Positions 1 through 7,815 of a stretch of DNA of 64,000 bases are shown piece after piece. How positions within the stretch are numbered: position 1 is the first letter of the stretch; each line of letters opens with the position of its first letter. The translations under genes were made by a program, and so were the position numbers. The DNA is from Polyangiales bacterium (GTDB taxonomy: Bacteria > Myxococcota_A > Polyangia > Polyangiales > Polyangiaceae). The stretch lies in assembly GCA_038230375.1 (NCBI GenBank), contig JBBRNJ010000006.1, positions 1 through 64,000 of the forward strand, written 5' to 3'. The notes below the pieces were generated by a model, which had not been told where the DNA came from, made no database searches, and saw only the letters and a list, made by a program, of their open reading frames with translations.

Positions 1-2
1 CG

Positions 3-1112
3 CTCGTCACCGGTCCAGACTACCGCGATCGGAACGAGTCGCCCCTGGGCGCGTGGATGGCAGCGACAGCGTTCCAGTCCATGGGTCTTCTCACGGAGTC
101 CGCGGAGCTCACCGAGTCCATGACGAGCCTGTCGGACAGGGAGCACCCGAACTACCAGAAGTACGAGCACACGAAGGATGCCGCATACAACGCGGTGGTC
201 CTGCGCGAGGCGCTCGGCGATCACGACAAGGCCGTGGCGGACGGCACCCGTTTCCTTGCGCTGTATCCCTCCGCCGCCGAGGCCGACGAGGTGGTGTTCC
301 TCACGGGCAAGGCGCACCAGAACGCGGGCCGCAACAAGGAGGCCGCAGATCTGTATCGCCGCTACGTTTCGCGCGCGAAGACGGCGGACAAGCGCGCGCA
401 GAGCTACATGCTGCTCGCACTTGCGCTGGGCAAGAGCGGCGACGAGAAGGGCCAGGACCAGGCGCTGCAGGCCGCCGTGCAGATCGGCAAGCAGCACCCG
501 CGCGAGCTGAGCCCCACCGGCAAGTTCGCCGTGGCGCGCGCGCGCTACATGGAGGGCGAGCGCGTGCTCGCAAGGTTCCAGGCGATCCAGATCTCGGGCG
601 ACGTGAAGCAGCTGCAGACGCGCCTGAAGCAGAAGGCGGAGCTCCTGAAGCTTGCGTCGCAGGTCTTCCTGGACACCGTTTCGTTCGGCGTCGCCGAGTG
701 GTCCACCGCCGCGCTCTACCAGATTGGCTTCACGTACGAGTCGTTCGCGAAGGCGCTCAAGGACGCGCCGCCGCCGTCGACGCTCTCCGACGGAGACAAG
801 GAAGCTTACAAGCAACAGATCGACGAGTTCGTCGTTCCGATCGAGGAGCGCAGCCTGGACGCGTACGAGAACGGCTGGAAGAAGGCGGTCGAGCTCCAGA
901 TCTACAACCAGTGGACCGCGAAGATGCGTGAGGCTCTCGGGCGCCTGAACAGCGAGCTCTATCCGCCGCTGCACGAGGTCGGCTTCGACATGCGCTCGCA
1001 GGGTCCGTCGCAGCTCCCGGGTCTTCTGGACGCGCCAAAGCGAGGCGTCACCGCTTCGCCTGCTCCTGCGCCCACCCCCGCTTCGAGCCCAGCGCCCGCA
1101 GGAAAGAAGTGA
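3..1112 (+). CDS. Large TPR protein, C-terminal part (GltD/AgmU-like); 5' end lies outside the window
   Basis: Frame is open from base 3. Helical TPR-like repeats; first gene of a TPR-TPR-GltF-GltG run. Confidence 0.7.
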   Translation, partial: LVTGPDYRDRNESPLGAWMAATAFQSMGLLTESAELTESMTSLSDREHPNYQKYEHTKDAAYNAVVLREALGDHDKAVADGTRFLALYPSAAEADEVVFLTGKAHQNAGRNKEAADLYRRYVSRAKTADKRAQSYMLLALALGKSGDEKGQDQALQAAVQIGKQHPRELSPTGKFAVARARYMEGERVLARFQAIQISGDVKQLQTRLKQKAELLKLASQVFLDTVSFGVAEWSTAALYQIGFTYESFAKALKDAPPPSTLSDGDKEAYKQQIDEFVVPIEERSLDAYENGWKKAVELQIYNQWTAKMREALGRLNSELYPPLHEVGFDMRSQGPSQLPGLLDAPKRGVTASPAPAPTPASSPAPAGKK

Positions 1113-2287
1113 TGCGCCGCCTCGCCTCATCGGTGTTCGCCGTCATGTTCGCGACCGGGCTCGCGGGCGCGCTCGGCTGCGGCGGTCACGCGCAGAAGCA
1201 AGTCGCGGGCGCCAAGGTGGAGACACGGGCACCCGCGAACCCGATCGCAGTGTCGCGCATGGCGCAGGGCGTCCAGGCAATGAAGGACAAGGCGCCCGAC
1301 AAGGCGCTCGAGTTCTTCCGCGAGGCCATCAAGCAAGACGACAAGCTGTGGGAGGCGCGCTTCGATCTGGGCGTGGTCCTCGCTCAGACCGGTGACCTTG
1401 CTGGCGCCGAGGAGGCGCTCACCAAGGCATCGAAGCTCGCAGGTGGAGACGAGGACGTCGCGATCGCGCTGGCGGAGGTGCGTCGTCGCCGCGGCTCCAC
1501 GAAGGACGCGGCGGATGGCCTGGAGGAGTTCCTCAAGGCGAACCCGGGCAGCCTTGCCGCGCGCGCGCTCTACGTGACGTCGCTGCGCGAGTCCTCCCAG
1601 TACGACGCCGCCATCGCGCAGGCGCGCGACGTGCTCTCCAAGAAGCCCGCGGATGCGACCGCCCTCGCCGAGCTCTCCCTCTGCTACCTGGCGCGCGGCA
1701 ACCACGACACCGCGGAGCTCGTCGCAAAGCAGGCGCTGGACGCGAACCCGAAGAGCGCCGTCGCTCACCGCGCGAACGGCCTCATCGCGCTGGCCGAGGG
1801 AGACGATGCGCTTGCGTTCCAGTCGTTCCAGAAGGCCTCCACGGAGGACCCGCGCGACACCACGTCACGGCTGAACATGGCGTCCGTGCTCATGCGCGCA
1901 GGCGCCTATGGCAAGGCGGAGGAGCAGTACCGCGCCACGCTGGCCGTTGCGCCCGAGGACGCGGACGCAATGACCGGGCTCGCCGCGTCGCTGCGCGCCC
2001 AGGCCGACCCCAAGTCTCCCGCGAAGCTGGAAGAAGCGAAGGCGCTCTACGAGAAGGTGCTCGCAGCGGACCCGCACGCAGTCGCGGCGGAGCTCAATCT
2101 GGGTGTATTATACATGGATTACCTGAAGCGCCCCGCGGAGGCAAAGACCATGTTCACGCGCTTCCTGGACGACGCACCGAAGTCGCATCCCGCCCGCGCC
2201 GCCGCCGAGAAGTACCTCACGGCCGTGTCCGCCGCCGCACCCACGCCTCCACCGGCGCCGCCTCCCGCAGCCCCTCCCAAGAAATGA
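1109..2287 (+). CDS. TPR lipoprotein (GltE/AglT-like)
   Basis: Signal peptide with lipobox (ALGC), multiple TPRs, GTGA overlap with the upstream gene. Confidence 0.7.
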   Translation: MMRRLASSVFAVMFATGLAGALGCGGHAQKQVAGAKVETRAPANPIAVSRMAQGVQAMKDKAPDKALEFFREAIKQDDKLWEARFDLGVVLAQTGDLAGAEEALTKASKLAGGDEDVAIALAEVRRRRGSTKDAADGLEEFLKANPGSLAARALYVTSLRESSQYDAAIAQARDVLSKKPADATALAELSLCYLARGNHDTAELVAKQALDANPKSAVAHRANGLIALAEGDDALAFQSFQKASTEDPRDTTSRLNMASVLMRAGAYGKAEEQYRATLAVAPEDADAMTGLAASLRAQADPKSPAKLEEAKALYEKVLAADPHAVAAELNLGVLYMDYLKRPAEAKTMFTRFLDDAPKSHPARAAAEKYLTAVSAAAPTPPPAPPPAAPPKK

Positions 2288-2291
2288 CGTC

Positions 2292-2720
2292 ATGAGCAGC
2301 AAGAGCCAACGGAGTGTGCGTCGCTTCATCGTCTTCCTCGTCGTGTGCACGCTCACGGCCTTCGTGTCCGTCGCCACTGCGCAACGCACAGGCAAGAAGC
2401 CAGCCGGCAAGAAGCCGCCCACGACACAGCCAGACGGTGGCAAGCCCGAACCGGCGCCTGTTACCGCACCAAAGGCTGAAGGGAGGCCTCTCGATCTGCG
2501 TGACGGCGGTGGCGGTTCAGGTGTGACAGAGACCCGCACCGGCGACGGAGGTGTGAAGTCGTTCCGGTTCGAAGAGGTGGCAATCGAAGGCCGATTGCAG
2601 AGTCCCGAGCTAGTCTATTTCTTGCGGCGCGTGCGTGCCGAGTTCAACGCTGGCGATCTGGGACATCGGAGCTTCACCGGGGAACTTTCGGACACGAAGA
2701 GAGATCCAAACCTTCGTTGA
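2292..2720 (+). CDS. Small exported protein, GltF/CglF-like
   Basis: Signal peptide; motif FRFEEVAIEGRLQSPELVYF resembles the GltF core; syntenic position fits. Confidence 0.6.
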   Translation: MSSKSQRSVRRFIVFLVVCTLTAFVSVATAQRTGKKPAGKKPPTTQPDGGKPEPAPVTAPKAEGRPLDLRDGGGGSGVTETRTGDGGVKSFRFEEVAIEGRLQSPELVYFLRRVRAEFNAGDLGHRSFTGELSDTKRDPNLR

Positions 2721-2741
2721 GAGTGAAGGCAACGTGAAGTC

Positions 2742-4199
2742 ATGAGCAACGCAGTAAGCGCGCCCCTCAATCAAGCCGCAGAGGCACGTCGCCAGGCTTC
2801 CATGTCGCTACGTGTCGCCGCCGTCTGGGGCACGACGGTACTCGAGATGCGCACGTTGACCCGCGGTCAGACGTTCTGGCTCGGTGACACGCCGGGCTGC
2901 GTCCTGCCCATGCCGGATGGCGTCGAGATGTCCCCTTCGCCGCTGCATGCGTCGCAAGGCGGCTGGGATCTGGATGCGCGGGGCGCGTTCGGCGGCACGC
3001 TGCGTCTGCGCGGTCGCATGGAGGAGGTCGCCAGCATTGCGCGCGCCTCCGTTCCCGTCGCTGTCATGCCGGGTGACTTCGGTCTGCTGCAGTACGGACA
3101 GTTCGCGATCTTCTTCCAGTACACGTCGGCGCCGGCCAGCCCCACGACGTTCATCGGTCCCGATCCGCTCGCGCTGCTGGCGATCTTCTCCAGCGCGGTG
3201 ATCCACTTCGGCGTGCTGGGGTTGGTGCGCACGCTCATGACGCCCGACCAGCTGGGCAAGCCCTTCGAGCTCACCAGCCCGGAGGAGTACGCGGCGCGCT
3301 TCCATCTGAATCGCCCGCCCATCGAGACCGCGCCTCCGCCCACCGAGGTGGGACAGAACGCGGGCGGCGCCGGCGTGAAAGATCCGGGCGCGCAGGACAA
3401 GAAGCCGCCGGGTGGCGGGCAGAAGATGCCCGGGCAGGAAGGAAAGCTCGGGAAGAACGCCAAGGCCGATCACACGGAGCTACCGGGCGAGGTGCGACCC
3501 GCGCAGAACCTCGGCGGCTTGACCGAGGTGCTTGAGGGCGACACCGGCAAGGAGATTCGCAACACGCTGAGGTCGATCGACACGGTCGCGAGCGCGCTCT
3601 CCGGGCTCAACTCGCAGAACATCGTGCTCGGCGGTGGACCCGGCACGTCGCTCAAGGGCGGCGGCGCAGGTGGCGGCGGCAACAACAACGGGGTCGCGTT
3701 CGGCGTGGGCACGCTGCAGACGGGCTGGGGCCCTGGCAATGGTGGGGGCTACGGCGCAGGCGCGGGCGGTCCTGGTGGTCGCGGCAACGGCGGCAACGGT
3801 CGTGGCGGCGCGGGTGGCGGCAACGGCAACGGCAATGGGCCGGGCGGCGCAGGTGGCGGCAACGGAGAGGCCAAGCTCACCGCAACTGCTGCGCCTCCAG
3901 CAACGGGCGGGCTCACAGCAGAGCAGATCCGGCGCGTGGTGATGGCGCATGTCGGAGCGGTGCGTGCCTGCTACGACATCGAGCTTCAGAAGAACCCGAA
4001 CCTCAAGGGCGGCATGCAGCTCTCGTGGCAGATCGACTCCGCGGGCAATGTCTCGAACGCCAGCGTCGTCAGCTCGTCGCTCGGCAACCCGCGCGTCGAA
4101 GGGTGCGTCGTGCGGCAGGTGAAGAACTGGCACTTCCCGGAGAGCAGCTCCTCGTCGAACGTTCCGTCGTATCCATTCAAGTTCGGCGTCGGCGGCTGA
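2742..4199 (+). CDS. GltG/PglI-like protein with AgmX/PglI (TonB-like) C-terminal domain
   Basis: Cytoplasmic N-domain, one TM helix, Gly-rich linker, C-terminal IRRVV..VRACY...VEGCV...WHFP...YPFKF. Confidence 0.75.
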   Translation: MSNAVSAPLNQAAEARRQASMSLRVAAVWGTTVLEMRTLTRGQTFWLGDTPGCVLPMPDGVEMSPSPLHASQGGWDLDARGAFGGTLRLRGRMEEVASIARASVPVAVMPGDFGLLQYGQFAIFFQYTSAPASPTTFIGPDPLALLAIFSSAVIHFGVLGLVRTLMTPDQLGKPFELTSPEEYAARFHLNRPPIETAPPPTEVGQNAGGAGVKDPGAQDKKPPGGGQKMPGQEGKLGKNAKADHTELPGEVRPAQNLGGLTEVLEGDTGKEIRNTLRSIDTVASALSGLNSQNIVLGGGPGTSLKGGGAGGGGNNNGVAFGVGTLQTGWGPGNGGGYGAGAGGPGGRGNGGNGRGGAGGGNGNGNGPGGAGGGNGEAKLTATAAPPATGGLTAEQIRRVVMAHVGAVRACYDIELQKNPNLKGGMQLSWQIDSAGNVSNASVVSSSLGNPRVEGCVVRQVKNWHFPESSSSSNVPSYPFKFGVGG

Positions 4200-4239
4200 C
4201 GTCGGAAATATCTGGCGGTCGCCAGGTGTAGAAGGGGGC

Positions 4240-5004
4240 ATGCAACCAGAGGATGCTCCGTCGTCGATCCTGCCCGTGGAGCGCGTGGCGCCTTGGCTGG
4301 TGTTCGGGGTGGGCCTGACGACGGTGGTGATGGGGCTCACCACGGTGAGCCACTCGGACGAGGCGGGCTTGATGCTCTGGGTCATCGCGATCCCCACGAT
4401 GGGCGCGGCGCTCGCTGCATTCCTCTTCGCGCGTCGCCAGTCGGGGCTGGGCTGCACGTCGCTGTTCGTCGCGGCGCTCGCGCAGGCGTGTATCGGGTTC
4501 GCCATTGCCGAGTTGCTCGGCGTGGTCGCGTCGGGCTTCGTCTCCGCGTTCGCGTACCTGGTCGCCGCCCCCGCGCTCATCATGGCGTGGTCCTTTGGCA
4601 GGCGCAGAGAGCGCGACGCCGGCGACACGATGCTCCTGTGGGGTGGCGTCTGGTCGGCCGCGCTGCACCTCATCTATGTCGTCGCGCTCTGGGACCACTC
4701 TGACCAGCTCGCGACGTGGCTGGCGGTGACCGGGCTCGTGGCGTCCGTCCTTGCGTCGGCTGCAGCCGCGACGCGGGCGCAGAATCGGCGCAGGTTCGCC
4801 GACCTCGCTTCGAAAGGACAAGTGCCCGGCTATCGCGTGCGGCCCAGGGCTACGCTCGAGGAGCTTCGCGAGCTGCCCCCGCTCTTCGACATTGGTCGTG
4901 GCTCACGCGGCGTTTTGGAGCGCATGACGGTGAGTATCGACGGCAGCGCCTACCGCGGCGGGCTGATCGCAACGCCGGTCGCCCTTGTGCCCGTGACAGC
5001 CTGA
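4240..5004 (+). CDS. Hypothetical integral membrane protein
   Basis: About six hydrophobic segments; plausible codon usage. Confidence 0.6.
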   Translation: MQPEDAPSSILPVERVAPWLVFGVGLTTVVMGLTTVSHSDEAGLMLWVIAIPTMGAALAAFLFARRQSGLGCTSLFVAALAQACIGFAIAELLGVVASGFVSAFAYLVAAPALIMAWSFGRRRERDAGDTMLLWGGVWSAALHLIYVVALWDHSDQLATWLAVTGLVASVLASAAAATRAQNRRRFADLASKGQVPGYRVRPRATLEELRELPPLFDIGRGSRGVLERMTVSIDGSAYRGGLIATPVALVPVTA

Positions 5005-5086
5005 AACAAGCCATTTCGTTGCTCCGTCAGAGGTGGGCTTGGCCGAAAACTTGTAGCTCTTCGCGGCCTGCTGATACGCGCTGGGT

Positions 5087-5908
5087 ATGTCCCAGATGGA
5101 CGACGACGAGAACATGAGCAAACCGTTCCGGCCGCTGTTGCGCGCCGGGACTCGGTACTCGCGCGATGCCGCCGACCGCCCGATCCTGATGTTCGAGGAC
5201 GTGTACAAGTCGTATCGGCCAGGCGTGCCGGTGCTTCGTGGCACCAACTTGATCATCGAGCGCGGGGAGTTCGTGTTCATCACCGGACCCAGCGGCTCCG
5301 GCAAGAGCACGCTCCTGCGCCTGCTCTACCGCGCGGACATGGTGGACCAGGGCCGCATCCTGTTCCTGGGACGCGACATCGCGCGTCTTCGTGACGACTC
5401 CGTCCCGTTCCTCCGCCGCAACATCGGTGTCGTCTTCCAGGACTTCAAGCTGGTGACGTCATGGAGCGTGTTCGAGAACGTCGCGATCACACTCGAGGTG
5501 CTCGGTCTTCCGAGCCGCCTCATTCGTTCGCGGGTCGGCGAGGCCCTCGAGCGCGTCGGCCTCACCGGCCGCGGCGGCGATCCCGCTGGGGTGCTTTCTG
5601 GTGGCGAGCAGCAGCGCGTGGCCGTTGCGCGCGCCATCGTCGGTGAGCCCGCGCTGGTCCTTGCGGACGAGCCCACGGGCAACCTGGACCCGCAGCTCGC
5701 GCTAGACATCCTCGGCTTGTTCGAGGAGATCAACGAGGCGGGCACGACGGTGCTCTTCGCGACGCACGATCGCTCGCTGCTCGACATCAGGGCGCGCCGC
5801 TTGATCGTTCTCGACGAGGGCAAGGCGATGGATGTGCCCACGGGCATCGCCCTCCACGACGACGACGACGACGACGACGACGAATTGCCGAGCGGCCTGC
5901 CGCTCTGA
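5087..5908 (+). CDS. ftsE: Cell division ABC ATPase FtsE
   Basis: Walker A GPSGSGKST, IGVVFQDFKL, LSGGEQQR, ADEPTGNLD; followed by ftsX. Start codon uncertain. Confidence 0.9.
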   Translation: MSQMDDDENMSKPFRPLLRAGTRYSRDAADRPILMFEDVYKSYRPGVPVLRGTNLIIERGEFVFITGPSGSGKSTLLRLLYRADMVDQGRILFLGRDIARLRDDSVPFLRRNIGVVFQDFKLVTSWSVFENVAITLEVLGLPSRLIRSRVGEALERVGLTGRGGDPAGVLSGGEQQRVAVARAIVGEPALVLADEPTGNLDPQLALDILGLFEEINEAGTTVLFATHDRSLLDIRARRLIVLDEGKAMDVPTGIALHDDDDDDDDELPSGLPL

Positions 5909-5922
5909 TTGCGAGGACACGG

Positions 5923-6804
5923 ATGTTCGAAGGTGCGACCAGACGGGCCAGGCGCGGGATGCTGCGCGAGTGGCGATTGCATGCGCTCAGCGTTTTCTCA
6001 CTGATGGTGGCGTTCGTGTGCCTCGGCGCCGCGCTCCTGGTGGTGACGAACCTGCGCGCGATCGAGGATCGCTGGGCCCATGCCGGGCGCGCGTCGATCT
6101 ACCTGAAGGACAGCGCGACCCAGGAAGACGTGGAGTCGCTGAAGAGCGCCCTCTCCAAGCTGCCGTTCGTGACGCAGGTCCGATACGTCTCCGCAGGCCA
6201 GGCGCGCCTCGAGTTCGGCTCGCAAGAAGTGAACAAGAAGAGTGAGCTCGCGGCGCTTCCGCCCGAGGCGTTCCCGGCGTCGATCGAGATCGAGGTCGTC
6301 TCCACCGTGACGGACGACGAGCTCGCCGACACCGTGACGAAGCTCCAGAAGATCCCCAGCGTGGAGGACGTGGAGACCTACCAGGCGTGGACGGATCGCC
6401 TTTCGCGCCTCGTGAAGGGCGGCGTCGCTGCATCCGCGCTGCTCGCGCTCGTCGTGTTCGCGTCGGTGCTTGCCGTCGTTGGCTCCACGATCCGCCTGGC
6501 CCTCCAGCGTCGCAAGACCGAGGTCGAGGTGCTCAAGCTGGTCGGCGCCACGGACCGCTTCGTGAAGGGCCCCTTCCTCATCGAGGGGAGCGCGCAGGGC
6601 GCCATGGGTGCCACAGGAGCCGTCGCGCTCCTCGGCGCGCTGTTCCTGATCGTGCGCGGACGCCTGGACGCAGAGCTCGCGCAGCTGATTGGCATCGAGC
6701 CGACGTTCCTGCCATGGCACATGGTGCTCGCGCTCGTCGCCACTGGCGCGCTGCTCGGCATGAGCGCCGCGTTCATGGGGCTCCGCAAGCTCGTCACGGT
6801 TTGA
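5923..6804 (+). CDS. ftsX: Cell division permease FtsX
   Basis: Four-TM layout; TIRL...EVEVLKLVGATDRFVKGPFLIEG signature. Confidence 0.9.
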   Translation: MFEGATRRARRGMLREWRLHALSVFSLMVAFVCLGAALLVVTNLRAIEDRWAHAGRASIYLKDSATQEDVESLKSALSKLPFVTQVRYVSAGQARLEFGSQEVNKKSELAALPPEAFPASIEIEVVSTVTDDELADTVTKLQKIPSVEDVETYQAWTDRLSRLVKGGVAASALLALVVFASVLAVVGSTIRLALQRRKTEVEVLKLVGATDRFVKGPFLIEGSAQGAMGATGAVALLGALFLIVRGRLDAELAQLIGIEPTFLPWHMVLALVATGALLGMSAAFMGLRKLVTV

Positions 6805-6823
6805 CGGAAAAAAGAGGTCCTTC

Positions 6824-7813
6824 GTGAAGCTTCGCGTCCGCTCCTTCTCGCTCTGGCCCGTCCTGCTCGTCCTGCCGTTCATGTTCACGGCGCTGCGCTC
6901 GGACGCCGCGCCGCAGGATGCACCCCAGCCGTCTGCAGCGCTCGCGCTCGCCGCGCTGGACCGCAAGATCGCGGACCTGGACGCGGAGGAGGCGGCCTCC
7001 AAGAAGGAGCTCACCGAGCTCTCCGGACGCATCGCGGATTCACATGGTCGCGCGATGCTCCGCGGCCGTGCGTTCTATCGCGTCACGCGCGCAGGCATGT
7101 TGCCCGTCGGCGGCGGATTCTCCGCGCTGGTGACGCACGCCCTCCGCGTGGAGCGAGCGCGTCGTGCGCTTGCGCGCGACCTGGGAGAAGAGACACATCT
7201 TCGCGGGCGCGGCGCAGATCTGTCGCGAAGCCTGGAGCGCGTCGCGCGTGATCGCTTTGCGCTCGGCAGCCAGCGCAGCGCCATGGACGCCGCACGCCTG
7301 GCCGTCGAGGACGAGGCGCGTCGACAGAACGCCTTCGATCGCGCGTTCTCGCCTGGCGGTGGCGCGGGCGGCACCGGCTACGTCGCCGTCTACGGTGGCA
7401 ACGGCTCTCCGCCGGACGGCTTCGTTGGCGGCGGCTTCACGGGCTCGAAGGGACGCCTGCTCTTCCCGGTCGTCGGTCGCGCGGAGGTGAAGCCCGGCAC
7501 GCGCGAAGGCACAAACGGCCCCGGCCTGGAGATCAAGGCTCCGCTCAACTCACCGGTCCGCGCCGTGTACGCGGGCCGCGTTGCATTCGCGGATCGCTAT
7601 GGCCCCTACGGCCGGCTCGTGATCATCGATCACGGCGAGCACTACTACTCCGTCTCGGGAAACCTCGCGTCGATCGACGTCCGCGTGGGCGGCGAGGTCT
7701 CCGCGGGCGAGCGTCTCGGCACCGTGGGCGACGAAGGCCACGGCGCAATGCTCTACTTCGAGATCCGCCACGGCACCGAGACCGTCGCGCCCTCCACCTG
7801 GCTCGGCTTGTAG
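6824..7813 (+). CDS. EnvC-like murein hydrolase activator (coiled coil plus degenerate M23/LytM domain)
   Basis: Signal peptide, coiled coil, M23 domain (VRAVYAGRV, YGRLVIIDHG, LYFEIR) lacking the Zn-binding His residues; downstream of ftsEX. Confidence 0.8.
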   Translation: MKLRVRSFSLWPVLLVLPFMFTALRSDAAPQDAPQPSAALALAALDRKIADLDAEEAASKKELTELSGRIADSHGRAMLRGRAFYRVTRAGMLPVGGGFSALVTHALRVERARRALARDLGEETHLRGRGADLSRSLERVARDRFALGSQRSAMDAARLAVEDEARRQNAFDRAFSPGGGAGGTGYVAVYGGNGSPPDGFVGGGFTGSKGRLLFPVVGRAEVKPGTREGTNGPGLEIKAPLNSPVRAVYAGRVAFADRYGPYGRLVIIDHGEHYYSVSGNLASIDVRVGGEVSAGERLGTVGDEGHGAMLYFEIRHGTETVAPSTWLGL

Positions 7814-7815
7814 CG

